The notes: generated from the letters alone by a model not told the origin. Shown: positions 52,055 to 62,321, counted from the first letter of the stretch. The stretch is 64,000 nt of DNA from Cyanobacteriota bacterium (GCA_033764955.1 JANRIL010000024.1:1-64000), one strand, 5' to 3'. Numbers and translations are program-made.

Positions 52055-52741
52055 CTATTCCACCTGTTTCTCTTCCATCCTCTCTAGACGCTCCTGAAAA
52101 TAGTCCCGCCAGTTTTGAGGTAACTCCTCCACCCTCAATAGAGCCTGCAAACGCACGGGATCCTGAGAGCGCTCTAGGTAAAGGCGAGTAATCTCTGTAA
52201 TCGGCACCTGCTGAGGATGGGCTGCTATCCGCTCGATCCGATCCCCAGCCGCCAAAACCCCCGGCTGCACCACCGAAAAATAAATGCCCGTGCGCTGAGC
52301 CTCTTGAAACCGCTTGACCATCTGCATGTCCCCAAAACGGATCCCTAACTTAAAGCAGGGAAGGCGAGGTTGTTTAGCCATCAACAGGGCAGATCCAAAG
52401 CGAAAGAGATCCCCGATGGCAACCGTTTCTTCTAGCAAGCCGGAGGTGGTTAAATTTTCCCCAAAGATGCCACCCACCAGATCCACCTCCGGTAACTGGT
52501 GTCGCCAGAAGGAATAATGCTCGATTGGATAGGTATAGACAGCTTTATCCACCCCCCCATGTACCGTCAAATCCGCCTGTCCATCCCCAGCCAGATTCAA
52601 GGGATCCACCACCACTTCCCCCTGAATGGGGTGTTTGTAGATACTGGTCAGAACCGACTTCCCCTGCCAGAGTACGGCGCGGGGTTGTCCGACATAAACA
52701 TTCTCAATTTGCATCCCTTCCCCCCTTGACGGTGCTCTCAC
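52055..52741 (-). CDS. MOSC-domain protein (YiiM-like)
   Basis: GDGQADLTVHGGVDKAV, FGENL, QPRLPCFKL; real start may be ATG at 52714. Confidence 0.9.
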   Translation of the reverse strand: MRAPSRGEGMQIENVYVGQPRAVLWQGKSVLTSIYKHPIQGEVVVDPLNLAGDGQADLTVHGGVDKAVYTYPIEHYSFWRHQLPEVDLVGGIFGENLTTSGLLEETVAIGDLFRFGSALLMAKQPRLPCFKLGIRFGDMQMVKRFQEAQRTGIYFSVVQPGVLAAGDRIERIAAHPQQVPITEITRLYLERSQDPVRLQALLRVEELPQNWRDYFQERLERMEEKQVE

Positions 52742-53136
52742 GCATCAGTATTCCCCCATGAACTAAGCGGAGGGGGAGCCATCTACTTGACCTCGAAAAT
52801 CGTCAGAAACAGGACTAGCCTGCATCTACTGTATCCCTTCTATTTATCCTTCCCGCGCGTTCTTGCTTCTGCGGAGAATACAAACCCCCTAGCAAAACTT
52901 AGTCAAGAGATATAACAGAATTTTGAGAAATCGAGATAAAAATTGCGGGGTCTACATACAGCGGGATATAGTTTTTTCCATAAAAGCGGTGATAAATGGT
53001 TTTTTTCAATAACAGCTCCAGGGGACACGACCCTCTGGGGCTTTTGACATGAAGGATGGATCCCCCCAGAATGAGGGGATCCACTCTCGCGGGATCCGTT
53101 TATAGTCCAGACAGGGTGCAACGGCTGGAGGCTCTC

Positions 53137-55290
53137 ATGGTGTCCAATTCCGCAGCAGTACGGGCTGGCAAAGATGCCCTAATTCAGGGGCGGTATCAAG
53201 AATCGGTGCAAATTCTGGAGGCGTATTGCCATCCCTCCTCATCTGAACAGGTAGGAGATCCGGAACGCACAGAAGCCCTGATGATTTTGATCCGTGCCTA
53301 TCAACAAATTGGGAATATTGAAGCTGCCCGTGGGCTATGTGAGCAGCTTGGGCAGCATCCCGACAGTAAAGTCGCGGATTGGGGAAAAAAGTTTTTATTA
53401 CGCCTCCCCCCTCCCTCTGTCCTAGCCGTTGCTCCCGAAACGGTTGCTAGCGCCCCGCCTCCCCCTCCCCCTAAAGTGTCTAATGCTTCTCAGCGAGCCA
53501 GTCCAAGCGGAGTCAAGCTAGCCATCACGCCGTTGGCGCTACCCCTCCCCTGGGTACTCAAACTAACTGTAGGCATCAGTGTAGGGGTGATTTTTGTCTT
53601 GGGGTTGCTCTGGATCAACGGACTATTTCGCTATAACTTACCGTGGGTTGCCAAAGGGTTCATTACCCTCAGCCTGACAGCGAACGTGGCTGCCGCTGCC
53701 TATTTTTTGACCCCCCTCATCCTTGATTATTTACAAAATTGGCTATTCAAAGTTCGTTGGGTTTCCCTGACCGAGATCGAACAACGCAGCCCAAAAGTGG
53801 GACAACTGGTCAGCCAGGTGGGGCAACAGCAGCATCTCAAGCTGCCCCGTTTTGGCATCATTCCCGATGCGAATCCGGTGATTTTTGCCTATGGATCCCA
53901 TCGGGATCACAGTCGGATTGTGCTCAGCCAGGGGATTCTCAACCGCCTAGAAGCTGATGAAATAGCCAGTTTGATTGCCCACCAATTAGGGCGCATAGTC
54001 AACGGTGACTGTAGTGCCCTCACCCTAGCGGCTTTCCCCGCCCAACTGTTTTATGCCATCTATGCTTTGGTGGTGCGCTGGGGGCAAGGGCGCAATGGAC
54101 GGCAGGATTTGATCGGGCATTTGGCGCTCCCCGCTTATGTGGTTTATGTGGCGCTTACTTATCCTTTATTTTTCCTCTCCCGCACAGGAGCTTATTATGG
54201 GGATCGCTTTGCGGCAGAGCTAACCGGAAACCCCAACGCCTTGGCACGGGCACTGGTCAAAATTGCCCACGGATTGTTGCAGGAGGGGAAAAAGCGCCAA
54301 CTCCCCAGCTATCTGGTGGATGGATCGCGGCTGATGGGAATCTACGATCCCAAAACGGCTATCGCCACTGGTCTGGCTTATCAGTCCATCAAAAGTGAAC
54401 AGGGATCCCACCAACCGCTCAGCGCCGTCTTTGGCTGGGATCTGTTTAATCCTTGGGCCCGTTGGATGGAGGCCAATTCTTCCCATCCTCTCCCTGGCAA
54501 GCGGATTCGGGCTTTAGCCACCTATGCCGAACGATTACGTTTGACTCCTGAATTTGGGATGGCAGAGGTCAGTCACATAAGTCAACAACTTGATAGTAAG
54601 CATCTCAAAGGAAAGTTCTACTGGGATTTAGCCATCTATGGGGCTGAGGTGGTAGGACTGGTAGCGGGCTGGATGGTGGGGTTAATTCTATTCTTTGTCA
54701 TCGACAGACCACCCACCTTAATTTATGGATCCGCAATGATAGGATTTGGCCTGGGCATGGGGGTCAAGGCCATACTCATCTTTCCCCGTCGCCAACAGGC
54801 TACTCCCGCCGATATGCTCACCCTCATGTCGGATGTCTATGCCTCTCCGGTTCGCAGTCAACCCGTTTTGCTGGAAGGGGAATTATTTGGTCAACGACAG
54901 GCCATGTATCAACTGGGATCCGAGCTACGCCTGCAAGATGCCACGGGGATGATCCCGGTTCGCTTTACCTCCCGCTTTGGCCCGCTTGGCAACCTATTGT
55001 CAGGACTGCAACAGGCAGGCTATGCTGCCCCCAAGGGGATCCGCACATTTTTGGGATCCCGTGTGCAAGTCCAAGGTTGGTTGAGAAGAGGGATCACCCC
55101 CTGGTTAGATCTGTCCCAAATCAACCATCCTTCGGGCAAAAAAGGAGCTAGTCACCATCAAGTCTGGCTTTGTATTTTTGCCTTAGGGATGGTAGTGTCT
55201 GGAGCTTTGGTCATTCTTTATTGGCATCGACTACCTCCACTTTCCTGGTATACCGTGCAAAAACTCCTCAGACTCAAGCCTAGTTATTAG
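53137..55290 (+). CDS. HtpX/M48 peptidase homolog with TPR-like N-terminus; zinc motif degenerate
   Basis: GIIPDANPVIFAYG, TGNPNALARALVKI, SSHPLPGKRI; HELGH replaced by HQLGR. Confidence 0.8.
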   Translation: MVSNSAAVRAGKDALIQGRYQESVQILEAYCHPSSSEQVGDPERTEALMILIRAYQQIGNIEAARGLCEQLGQHPDSKVADWGKKFLLRLPPPSVLAVAPETVASAPPPPPPKVSNASQRASPSGVKLAITPLALPLPWVLKLTVGISVGVIFVLGLLWINGLFRYNLPWVAKGFITLSLTANVAAAAYFLTPLILDYLQNWLFKVRWVSLTEIEQRSPKVGQLVSQVGQQQHLKLPRFGIIPDANPVIFAYGSHRDHSRIVLSQGILNRLEADEIASLIAHQLGRIVNGDCSALTLAAFPAQLFYAIYALVVRWGQGRNGRQDLIGHLALPAYVVYVALTYPLFFLSRTGAYYGDRFAAELTGNPNALARALVKIAHGLLQEGKKRQLPSYLVDGSRLMGIYDPKTAIATGLAYQSIKSEQGSHQPLSAVFGWDLFNPWARWMEANSSHPLPGKRIRALATYAERLRLTPEFGMAEVSHISQQLDSKHLKGKFYWDLAIYGAEVVGLVAGWMVGLILFFVIDRPPTLIYGSAMIGFGLGMGVKAILIFPRRQQATPADMLTLMSDVYASPVRSQPVLLEGELFGQRQAMYQLGSELRLQDATGMIPVRFTSRFGPLGNLLSGLQQAGYAAPKGIRTFLGSRVQVQGWLRRGITPWLDLSQINHPSGKKGASHHQVWLCIFALGMVVSGALVILYWHRLPPLSWYTVQKLLRLKPSY

Positions 55291-55310
55291 TATCCATTTG
55301 GAAGAGAACT

Positions 55311-56117
55311 ATGCACAAGGTTGAGCCTAAACCTGATTGGCCTGACTCCTGGAAATCTAGCTATACCTATGATCTTTTGGAGGTTTATGGAGAGATTTCT
55401 AGGAGAGGGTATGCCTATGCCTATCAAAATCGTCAAAATTATGCTTTAGAGGCTTTGAGAGCCATCTCTACCCCTGGGGAGAGGATTCTTGATGTGGCGG
55501 CGGCGCAGGGTAATTTCTCTCTTCTGTTGGCAGAAATGGGATATGAAGTGGTTTGGAATGACTTGCGATCTGAGCTAAAAGACTATGTGGAACTCAAGCG
55601 CGAAAAAGGTAATGTAGAATATCGAGTAGGAAATATATTTGACTTCTCCGACGCAAACGAATTTGATGCTATTTTAGCCACTGAAATTATTGAGCATGTT
55701 GCTCATCCTGATCAGTTTTTGAAGAAGCTAGCCTTTCTGCTTAAGCCATCTGGACATATCATATTAACCACCCCAAACGGAGAATATTTCCGAAATAACT
55801 TGCCTAAGTTTTCAGATTGTCCAGATCCTAGTCAATTTGAATCAATCCAATTCAAGCCAAATTCGGATGGACATATCTTCTTGTTTTATCCAGATGAGAT
55901 TCAAAAACTAGCTCAAGTGACTGGTTTACAACTCAAGGAACTAAAACTTTTTACAAATCCATTAACAGCAGGACATATCAAATTAGAGCTTCTTCTTAAA
56001 TCTTTCCCAAGAAAGGCTGTGAATTTTTTGGAGTCAATTACTCAATTACAATCTGGATTTCCATTCCGGAGACTGAATGTTCATCTGCTTGCTGTTTTGC
56101 AAAAGCCGAAGACCTAA
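55311..56117 (+). CDS. Class I SAM-dependent methyltransferase
   Basis: ILDVAAAQG, EIIEHV, LLKPSGHIILTTPN; AT-rich. Confidence 0.88.
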   Translation: MHKVEPKPDWPDSWKSSYTYDLLEVYGEISRRGYAYAYQNRQNYALEALRAISTPGERILDVAAAQGNFSLLLAEMGYEVVWNDLRSELKDYVELKREKGNVEYRVGNIFDFSDANEFDAILATEIIEHVAHPDQFLKKLAFLLKPSGHIILTTPNGEYFRNNLPKFSDCPDPSQFESIQFKPNSDGHIFLFYPDEIQKLAQVTGLQLKELKLFTNPLTAGHIKLELLLKSFPRKAVNFLESITQLQSGFPFRRLNVHLLAVLQKPKT

Positions 56118-56523
56118 GCTGCTCATCAAAGCGAGTAAAATCACTACCTGCCTGATACAATTCTAGTTCAAGCCTAGTTATGATTGATATAGTAAACCTG
56201 TAAAATTGCATAGTCATTCTCAGCTTAATTAAAAAATGTTTGAGTGTTTTGCCGTAGGGTTCTGCGAGCCCATTTGGGTTCACTCTTAATCTGTAATGAT
56301 TATAAAAAACATGCAACTATTCTTCTCCATTTCTTTGGTTTTACTCACCAGGTAGATTAGCTGAACAATGCAGTGCAAGCCTAAACTTTGCGATCTGGAT
56401 TGGACTGGTCTAAAGATTCTTGGGAAATGATTACTTGTATGTAGGGATCCGGTGAGGAGCAAGCTGATCCCTTTCTGTTGGCTGGATTTCTCATAAATAG
56501 CTCTGTCTAAGCAACTTACGACT

Positions 56524-56617
56524 TATAGTTATTCCAAATAAGTATGCAACCACCTAAATCTTGATATCCGAACCTTGAGAGATTTTGGGTTTCTCAAACT
56601 AAGTTGGAACGACTATA
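56524..56617. mobile_element. Short MITE-like element with TATAG/CTATA ends (IS630-like)
   Basis: TATAGTTATTCCAAATAAGT versus reverse complement TATAGTCGTTCCAACTTAGT (16 of 20). Confidence 0.55.
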
Positions 56618-56649
56618 GCTCGCCATCTGTGAATGCTTGAGACAAGAAC

Positions 56650-56790
56650 TCAGCCATGTACCGTTTCGCTCCAAGCCTCTAGGGATCCGGCTGAACGTAA
56701 TTTTTGTCGGAGGGTTTTGATATGAGCTTTGACGGTTTCTTCTTCGGGAGATTCTTCGGTTGTCCAGATGCGCTCAATTAGGGACTCAGG
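56650..56790 (-). pseudogene. OmpR-type winged-helix domain fragment
   Basis: Hand translation LIERIWTTEESPEEETVKAHIKTLRQKLRSAGSLEAWSETVHG*. Confidence 0.7.
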
Positions 56791-56944
56791 GCAAAGTTTA
56801 AGAAATCCTAGCTGTCTGGGAAGAAGAGGGATCCCCTATAACGGGAGGAGGAATTACCCTGTTGGCTCCGGCAGGCTTTCCTTATGGATAACATCTATTG
56901 GTTGGGACATACAGCAACCCTAAGTAAGATGTGAGAAGATTTTC

Positions 56945-56980
56945 CCCCTCTCCTTGCGGGAGAGGGGCTAGGGGTGAGGG
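56945..56980. repeat. REP-like palindrome
   Basis: CCCCTCTCC-ttgcg-GGAGAGGGG-ctaggggtgaggg; degenerate relatives near 35727 and 35820-35895. Confidence 0.7.
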
Positions 56981-57085
56981 CGGTTCACGGATCAAATAGG
57001 GTTGCTGTAGCTTGAAGCCTATCTGTGAGTTGCAGATAGCAGGTACATCAAAATCTGACTTTGAGGTTTGGTTGTGCAAATACCG

Positions 57086-57292
57086 ATGACTTTTAGTGAT
57101 GTGGTCGAGGTAGTCAAGCGTCTTTTCGCAGATAAAATGCGTGAAATTCAACTGTTGTTGAAGCAATACTTTCGTGAAGAGCGTCCTGACGAGATATATG
57201 ACAATTTCTAGTCAGCGCAAGTCGAACAGTAAAAGGGTGAACTGAAGTTTTCCTCTAATATTAAGGAACTGAGAGAATTGATAGAGGAGCAA
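57086..57292 (+). pseudogene. Probable antitoxin gene with two in-frame stops
   Basis: MTFSDVVEVVKRL...EIYDNF*SAQVEQ*KGELKFSSNIKELRELIEE; stops at 57209 and 57230; directly upstream of the toxin. Confidence 0.65.
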
Positions 57293-57294
57293 TT

Positions 57295-57561
57295 GTGGAA
57301 GTCGGTTTCGGCTATCCATTCAAATGTGCTTTTAAAAGACGCATTAAAGGCAATGCAAATCTAGAGGCAGGGTTTTGGCAAAAATTGGAACAGTTCACCA
57401 TAGATCTATTTGATCCGAGCTTGAAAACACATAAATTATCGGGCAATTTCAGGGAATTTTGGAGTTTTAGTGTAGATTGCGATGAGAGGGTGCTGTTCTA
57501 CTTTACGGAAGATGGAAAGGCTGTGTTTGTAGATATCGGTAGCCATGACGAGGTGTATTGA
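57295..57561 (+). CDS. RelE/YafQ-family mRNA interferase toxin
   Basis: DPSLKTHKLSG, WSFSV, DIGSHDEVY. Confidence 0.85.
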   Translation: MEVGFGYPFKCAFKRRIKGNANLEAGFWQKLEQFTIDLFDPSLKTHKLSGNFREFWSFSVDCDERVLFYFTEDGKAVFVDIGSHDEVY

Positions 57562-57578
57562 AAGCAATGGTCGCGGCA

Positions 57579-57663
57579 GCACAACAACGCTGTTGGAGCG
57601 GACTGGATCAAACTGCTGGTGTGACCAAAGATTGCTGACATCCGCTGACCGCAACCGTTATCT
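57579..57663 (+). repeat. attC-like site downstream of the toxin
   Basis: GCACAAC, 6 nt, GTTGGAGCGGA ... TCCGCTGACC, 6 nt, GTTATCT; 85 bp, starting 17 bp after the stop. Confidence 0.6.
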
Positions 57664-57888
57664 ATTCTCAATCAGCTAACCCCCCAGAATATTCTGGATA
57701 TTTCATAGCCATTACTTAAATTAGGACTACCCTTTTCCCTTGTGTGAGGGAACCAATCTCAGAAACTATCTGAATCAAGATCGGCAATCTCTCTGGGGAA
57801 GTAGGGTTTTCCCATCGGTTGACCGGATTAGCAACCGTTAGATTGGAGCAGAATAAGAAACCAATATTCCTAACAACGTAGGTAGCCC

Positions 57889-59349
57889 GTGAGTGGCCGC
57901 TTTTTTCCATCCTTACTGAGTCAAATGTGGGCGGAGTTGCCGTTGCCAGAGTGGTTGCCGGGAGTGGGTGAATCTGTCTGGCAGCAGGCTCTTTTGGCGT
58001 TGACTCAACTGTGGCGAGAGGCAGGTCAGTTTGGGGTAGTGGTGAGTGGACCAGTGGCTTGGCTGCCTGCCAGTGAGTGGCAATGGCAACCGGAGTGGCA
58101 CCCTTTAGCTCAACGGGATCCCTTATCAGCAACGGCTCATCCTGCGGAGGAGCCAACCACCGATACCCTACGGGATCGACGCTGGCTTTTCACCGCTGAT
58201 CTGTCTCCCGACGTGCTGTTTGAACCGGGTCAGACCACTATCCCCCTTTTGCCTTTGGATCCGGCGCAGCAAGAGCGATTTTTGCTATTGATTAGCCCAG
58301 TTTTTTGTGTGATTGTCGCCGAGGGATCCCATCCCCATACCGGTCAGCCGGGGATCATGCTCTCCTTTGAGCCGGAAGTATTGCAGCGGGCTTGGCAAGG
58401 ACTCCAGGCTCGCTTACGGCAGGTACGCCCCGACCGCTTATCGATTTGGGAAGATCTGCTCAACCACTTCCCCCTCCAACCTCCCCACCCCCGCGTCATG
58501 GCTCGCTTTAGCAGCCTCTTACTCTTGCCGTTGGGTTCAAGGGATCCCTCCCTCATGGCGCAACTACCCGCCGCCTTGCCCACAGAGCTAGTCACGACAG
58601 AAAACCCTCCAGACCACAAGACGGACGGTTCCTCACCAGCCACCCCTACCCATCCTTCTGAAGATGTGGCTCCCTTGTCGGAAGCCGAGCTACTGCGAGC
58701 CTTGATCCATGAAATTAAAACTCCTCTCGCCACCATCCATACCCTAGCAACCCTGATTCTCAAACGGTCCGATCTGCCGGATAAGGTGCGGGATTATGTG
58801 GAGAAAATTGATCGAGAGTGTTGCGAACAAATCGATCGCTTTAGCCTATTTTTTCAGGCCACTGAGATTGATCACCATCCCCTCCATTTGCAACCCACCG
58901 CCCTTGTGGATCTGGTGCATCATCACCTGCCCCGTTGGCAAACCCAGGTGGAGCGGCGGGGTTCTCGGCTGGATCTGAAAATTTCTGAGGATTTACCGAA
59001 TGTCGTCAGTGACCCCAAAGCTCTCGATACGATCCTGACGGGAATTATTGACCGGATTGCCCGAAGTTCTCCCCCCGGCAGCAGGATTTCCGCTCAACTG
59101 GTCAGCGCCGGAGAACAAGTCAAGCTTCAGTTTCAAGTCATTCCCCAGGATCCCGTCTGGCCCCATTCAACCCTGACCCCCCTGCAAGCCATTGGGCAAT
59201 GGCTGGTGCTACAACCAGATACAGGAGCGATCAGCCTGAGCATTCCCGTCACCCAAACTCTGTTTCGTGCGTTGGGGGGATATTTGACTGTCAAACAGAA
59301 AGGGCATCACGGAGAGGTCTTCACCATCTATCTGCCTCGCCAACTGTGA
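57889..59349 (+). CDS. Atypical histidine kinase, probably Hik34-like
   Basis: HEIKTPL H-box; ATP-binding domain lacks N/G1/G2 boxes (LQPDTGAISLS instead). Confidence 0.65.
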   Translation: MSGRFFPSLLSQMWAELPLPEWLPGVGESVWQQALLALTQLWREAGQFGVVVSGPVAWLPASEWQWQPEWHPLAQRDPLSATAHPAEEPTTDTLRDRRWLFTADLSPDVLFEPGQTTIPLLPLDPAQQERFLLLISPVFCVIVAEGSHPHTGQPGIMLSFEPEVLQRAWQGLQARLRQVRPDRLSIWEDLLNHFPLQPPHPRVMARFSSLLLLPLGSRDPSLMAQLPAALPTELVTTENPPDHKTDGSSPATPTHPSEDVAPLSEAELLRALIHEIKTPLATIHTLATLILKRSDLPDKVRDYVEKIDRECCEQIDRFSLFFQATEIDHHPLHLQPTALVDLVHHHLPRWQTQVERRGSRLDLKISEDLPNVVSDPKALDTILTGIIDRIARSSPPGSRISAQLVSAGEQVKLQFQVIPQDPVWPHSTLTPLQAIGQWLVLQPDTGAISLSIPVTQTLFRALGGYLTVKQKGHHGEVFTIYLPRQL

Positions 59350-59392
59350 AGCGGTCTAAGGAACATCTCTAGGGGATCCCTACCCTTTTGTA

Positions 59393-60229
59393 ATGCTGAA
59401 AAATCGTGCCAAGGGGAGTGATGGAAGGTTGAAAAAAGTCATGAGGCAGCCCCACAATTTGTCCCCCCTCTCCCCTCCTACTCAACCCCCCACTGATATG
59501 AACCTCAACAGGGATCCCCTCGTGAGTGGGGAGCAAGTAGCCGCCCTGCTTCATGAAGTGCGAAATCCGTTAACCACCCTCCAAACACTGGCAAAGCTAC
59601 TCAAAAAGCGACTCCCGGCTGGGGATCCCAACCAGTGGATCGGCAACAGTATGGAACAAGAATGTCAACATTTGCAGGCGTTATTAGAGCGTTTTGAAGC
59701 CAGCCTCGGTTCCGAGCGCCCACTCCAGTTGCAGATTGTCTATTTGCAAGAAATTCTGCCGGATTGGATTGCCACCTACGAAGCCCTTGCCCATGCTCAC
59801 CACATTCATTTTCAAAGCCAATTAACGGAAGCATTCCTCCAAGCTTTACCTGCCGTTTGGGTGGATCTTTTAGCGCTTAAACAAGTCCTGGGCAATTTGG
59901 TCGATAATGCTTGCAAATATACTCCCCCCGGAGGATCGGTGAGCCTGGGGGTAGCAGTGCAGTCGGATGGAGTGATTGTGTCCATTCAAGACAGTGGGGA
60001 TGGCATTTCCCCGGAGCATTTAGCCCACATTTTTGAGCCATTTTATCGAGCAGAATCAGCCACACCGGGTCAAGGTTTGGGCTTGGCCATCAGCCGAGAT
60101 TTGGTTGAGGGAATGCAGGGCTGCTTAGAAGTGGAAAGCCAGCTTCATCAGGGCACAACTTTTCGGGTGAAAGTAGCTTTAGCTAACACCGACCAGACCA
60201 CCCAGTTAAGGGATGATCAGCCTGATTAA
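59393..60229 (+). CDS. Sensor-less histidine kinase, Hik2/CSK-like core
   Basis: LLHEVRNPLTTLQTLAKLLKKRL, NLVDNACKY, DSGDGI, GQGLGL; no input domain; start uncertain. Confidence 0.75.
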   Translation: MLKNRAKGSDGRLKKVMRQPHNLSPLSPPTQPPTDMNLNRDPLVSGEQVAALLHEVRNPLTTLQTLAKLLKKRLPAGDPNQWIGNSMEQECQHLQALLERFEASLGSERPLQLQIVYLQEILPDWIATYEALAHAHHIHFQSQLTEAFLQALPAVWVDLLALKQVLGNLVDNACKYTPPGGSVSLGVAVQSDGVIVSIQDSGDGISPEHLAHIFEPFYRAESATPGQGLGLAISRDLVEGMQGCLEVESQLHQGTTFRVKVALANTDQTTQLRDDQPD

Positions 60230-62001
60230 GAAACCAGAACGGCTTCCTCCAGTTTTTGTTGATACCATAGACGGGCATACAACCCTGCCGGATCGGCTAA
60301 CAATTGGAGATGGGATCCCGATTGCACAATGTTGCCCTGATCCATCACTAAAATTTGATCGGCTTCCACCACAGAGGTGAGACGGTGGGCGATAAAAAGA
60401 ACCGTTTTTTGCTGTTGGGTTTGCCGCAGCGAGGTAAGAATATCGAGAGCTGTTTGGTTGTCCACACTCGATAACGAATCATCCAAAATTAGGATGGGGG
60501 CATCCACCAACAAAGCCCGTGCTAGAGCAACCCGTTGCCGCTGTCCACCAGAAAGGGTGATGCCCCGTTCCCCCACCCTGGTTTGATACTGCTGAGGAAA
60601 GCGTTCGATTTCGGGGTGAATGTGGGCAGCTTTGGCCACACTCTCCACCTCCCATTCACTGGCGTCGGGCTTGCCATAGCGAATGTTATCCAGCACGGTG
60701 GCATTAAACAAAAAACTTTCTTGTGGCACATAGGCAATCGCCTGCCGCAGGGATCCCAACTGAATCTGGGTGATGTCAAGTCCGTCAATCCAAAGCTGTT
60801 GGGGGGCAATTTCCAGGAGGTGGGGGATGGCATTGGCGAGGGTGGTTTTGCCCGCTCCAATCGGCCCAACAATAGCAACCATCTGACCGGGCTGAATTTG
60901 AAAACTGACATGATTGAGGGCGAGACGGGTGGATCCGGCAAACCCAAAGGTCAGATCGCGGGCAATGATTTCTCCTTTTGGATTGGGAAGCGGGACGGCT
61001 CCTAGTGGATCGGTGATGGTGGGTTGAATGGCCAACAGTTCTCCCACGCGATCTAGGCTGACCTGTCCACGCTGGTAGGCGGTGATGGTAAAGCCCAAAA
61101 GAGCGGTGGGAAAGACCAGCCGTTCTACATAAAGGGTAAGCGCTGAAAAATCTCCCAGGGTGAGGCGACCGGCGGCAATCAGGGGGCTACCTGCCACCAA
61201 CAACACCAACAAACTCATGCCCACCAGCGCCACCAAACTGGGAAACAACCAGTTACGAGTGATCGCTAACCGCAGGTTAGCTTCCAGAAGTTGTTGATTT
61301 TGGCGAGCAAACTCCGCTTGTTCATGTTGCTCTTGGGCATAGACCTTGATGGAGGTAATGCCGTTCATATCCTCTTGGATCAGATCGCTTAAGTTCCCCA
61401 GCCGTTGCTGCACCTCCAGTTGTTGTCGTTGCAGTCGTCCACTGGTGATTTTCACCAGCACCAACATGACGGGATACACCGATAGAGCCAGCAGACTCAA
61501 CCAGGGATCAATCCACAGCATCGCCGGGACGGTCATGCCATAGGCAAAAAACGTATTCGCTAGACTGAGAATGGCAAACCCCAACAAACGGCGGATATTG
61601 TCTACATCACTGGTGACACGGGTGATGATATCGCCGGCAGACTGATAGCCAAAATAGGAGGGAGAAAGGGTTAAGAGGTGTTCAAAAATGCGTTGTTTCA
61701 GGTCAAACTCCACCTGTCGCCCCACCCCAAACATCCAGACCCGCGAGGCAATCCGCACCCCCATCATAGCGCTGGCTACCAATAGCACCACCACGGCATA
61801 GTGGGTCATCTGCCCAAGATTTGGCAGCACTAAAACATCGGCATTGGTGGGGCTAGATAGACTATCCAGGATAATCTTGATATACCAAGGTAGAAATACC
61901 CCCAAGCCGTTCACCACTAGCAGGGATCCAATGCCCAGCCACACCTGCCGTTGATAGGGGCGGAGATAATGCTGGAGTTGTTGCAGGTGGGAATGAGCCA
62001 T
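60226..62001 (-). CDS. ABC exporter fused permease/ATPase
   Basis: TM domain, GPIGAGKT, LSGGQRQR, ILDDSLS. Confidence 0.93.
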   Translation of the reverse strand: MAHSHLQQLQHYLRPYQRQVWLGIGSLLVVNGLGVFLPWYIKIILDSLSSPTNADVLVLPNLGQMTHYAVVVLLVASAMMGVRIASRVWMFGVGRQVEFDLKQRIFEHLLTLSPSYFGYQSAGDIITRVTSDVDNIRRLLGFAILSLANTFFAYGMTVPAMLWIDPWLSLLALSVYPVMLVLVKITSGRLQRQQLEVQQRLGNLSDLIQEDMNGITSIKVYAQEQHEQAEFARQNQQLLEANLRLAITRNWLFPSLVALVGMSLLVLLVAGSPLIAAGRLTLGDFSALTLYVERLVFPTALLGFTITAYQRGQVSLDRVGELLAIQPTITDPLGAVPLPNPKGEIIARDLTFGFAGSTRLALNHVSFQIQPGQMVAIVGPIGAGKTTLANAIPHLLEIAPQQLWIDGLDITQIQLGSLRQAIAYVPQESFLFNATVLDNIRYGKPDASEWEVESVAKAAHIHPEIERFPQQYQTRVGERGITLSGGQRQRVALARALLVDAPILILDDSLSSVDNQTALDILTSLRQTQQQKTVLFIAHRLTSVVEADQILVMDQGNIVQSGSHLQLLADPAGLYARLWYQQKLEEAVLVS

Positions 62002-62321
62002 CCGAGTTGCTTCCGACTTTCTGAGTAATGAAGGGTAAGAAGGGGCGAGTTGCTGGCTTGGATCCTTGGGTTCACTCTAACCTGGGCAGGGGATGGACTA
62101 GCTGTGGTTTTAGGTGTGGGAGAGAATCCGCAGGAAAGTTACTAGGGGGTTTTCCGCCAATTCCATCACGGCTAAGGGTAGCCAAACAGGTCAAGAATCC
62201 TGCCTTGGTCTCATGCCGTCATCTTTTACAATGCTGAGGGGATCTCCAAGCGGATCCCTAGGCTAGAGGAGATCGTCCTTAACGATCCTAAACTGCTGAC
62301 TGTGTTCTCTGAGGTGTCATT

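Noticed and set aside
57209..57232. Stop-codon readthrough or recoding to explain in-frame stops
   Set aside because: TAG and TAA end normal genes throughout the window; decay is the simpler explanation
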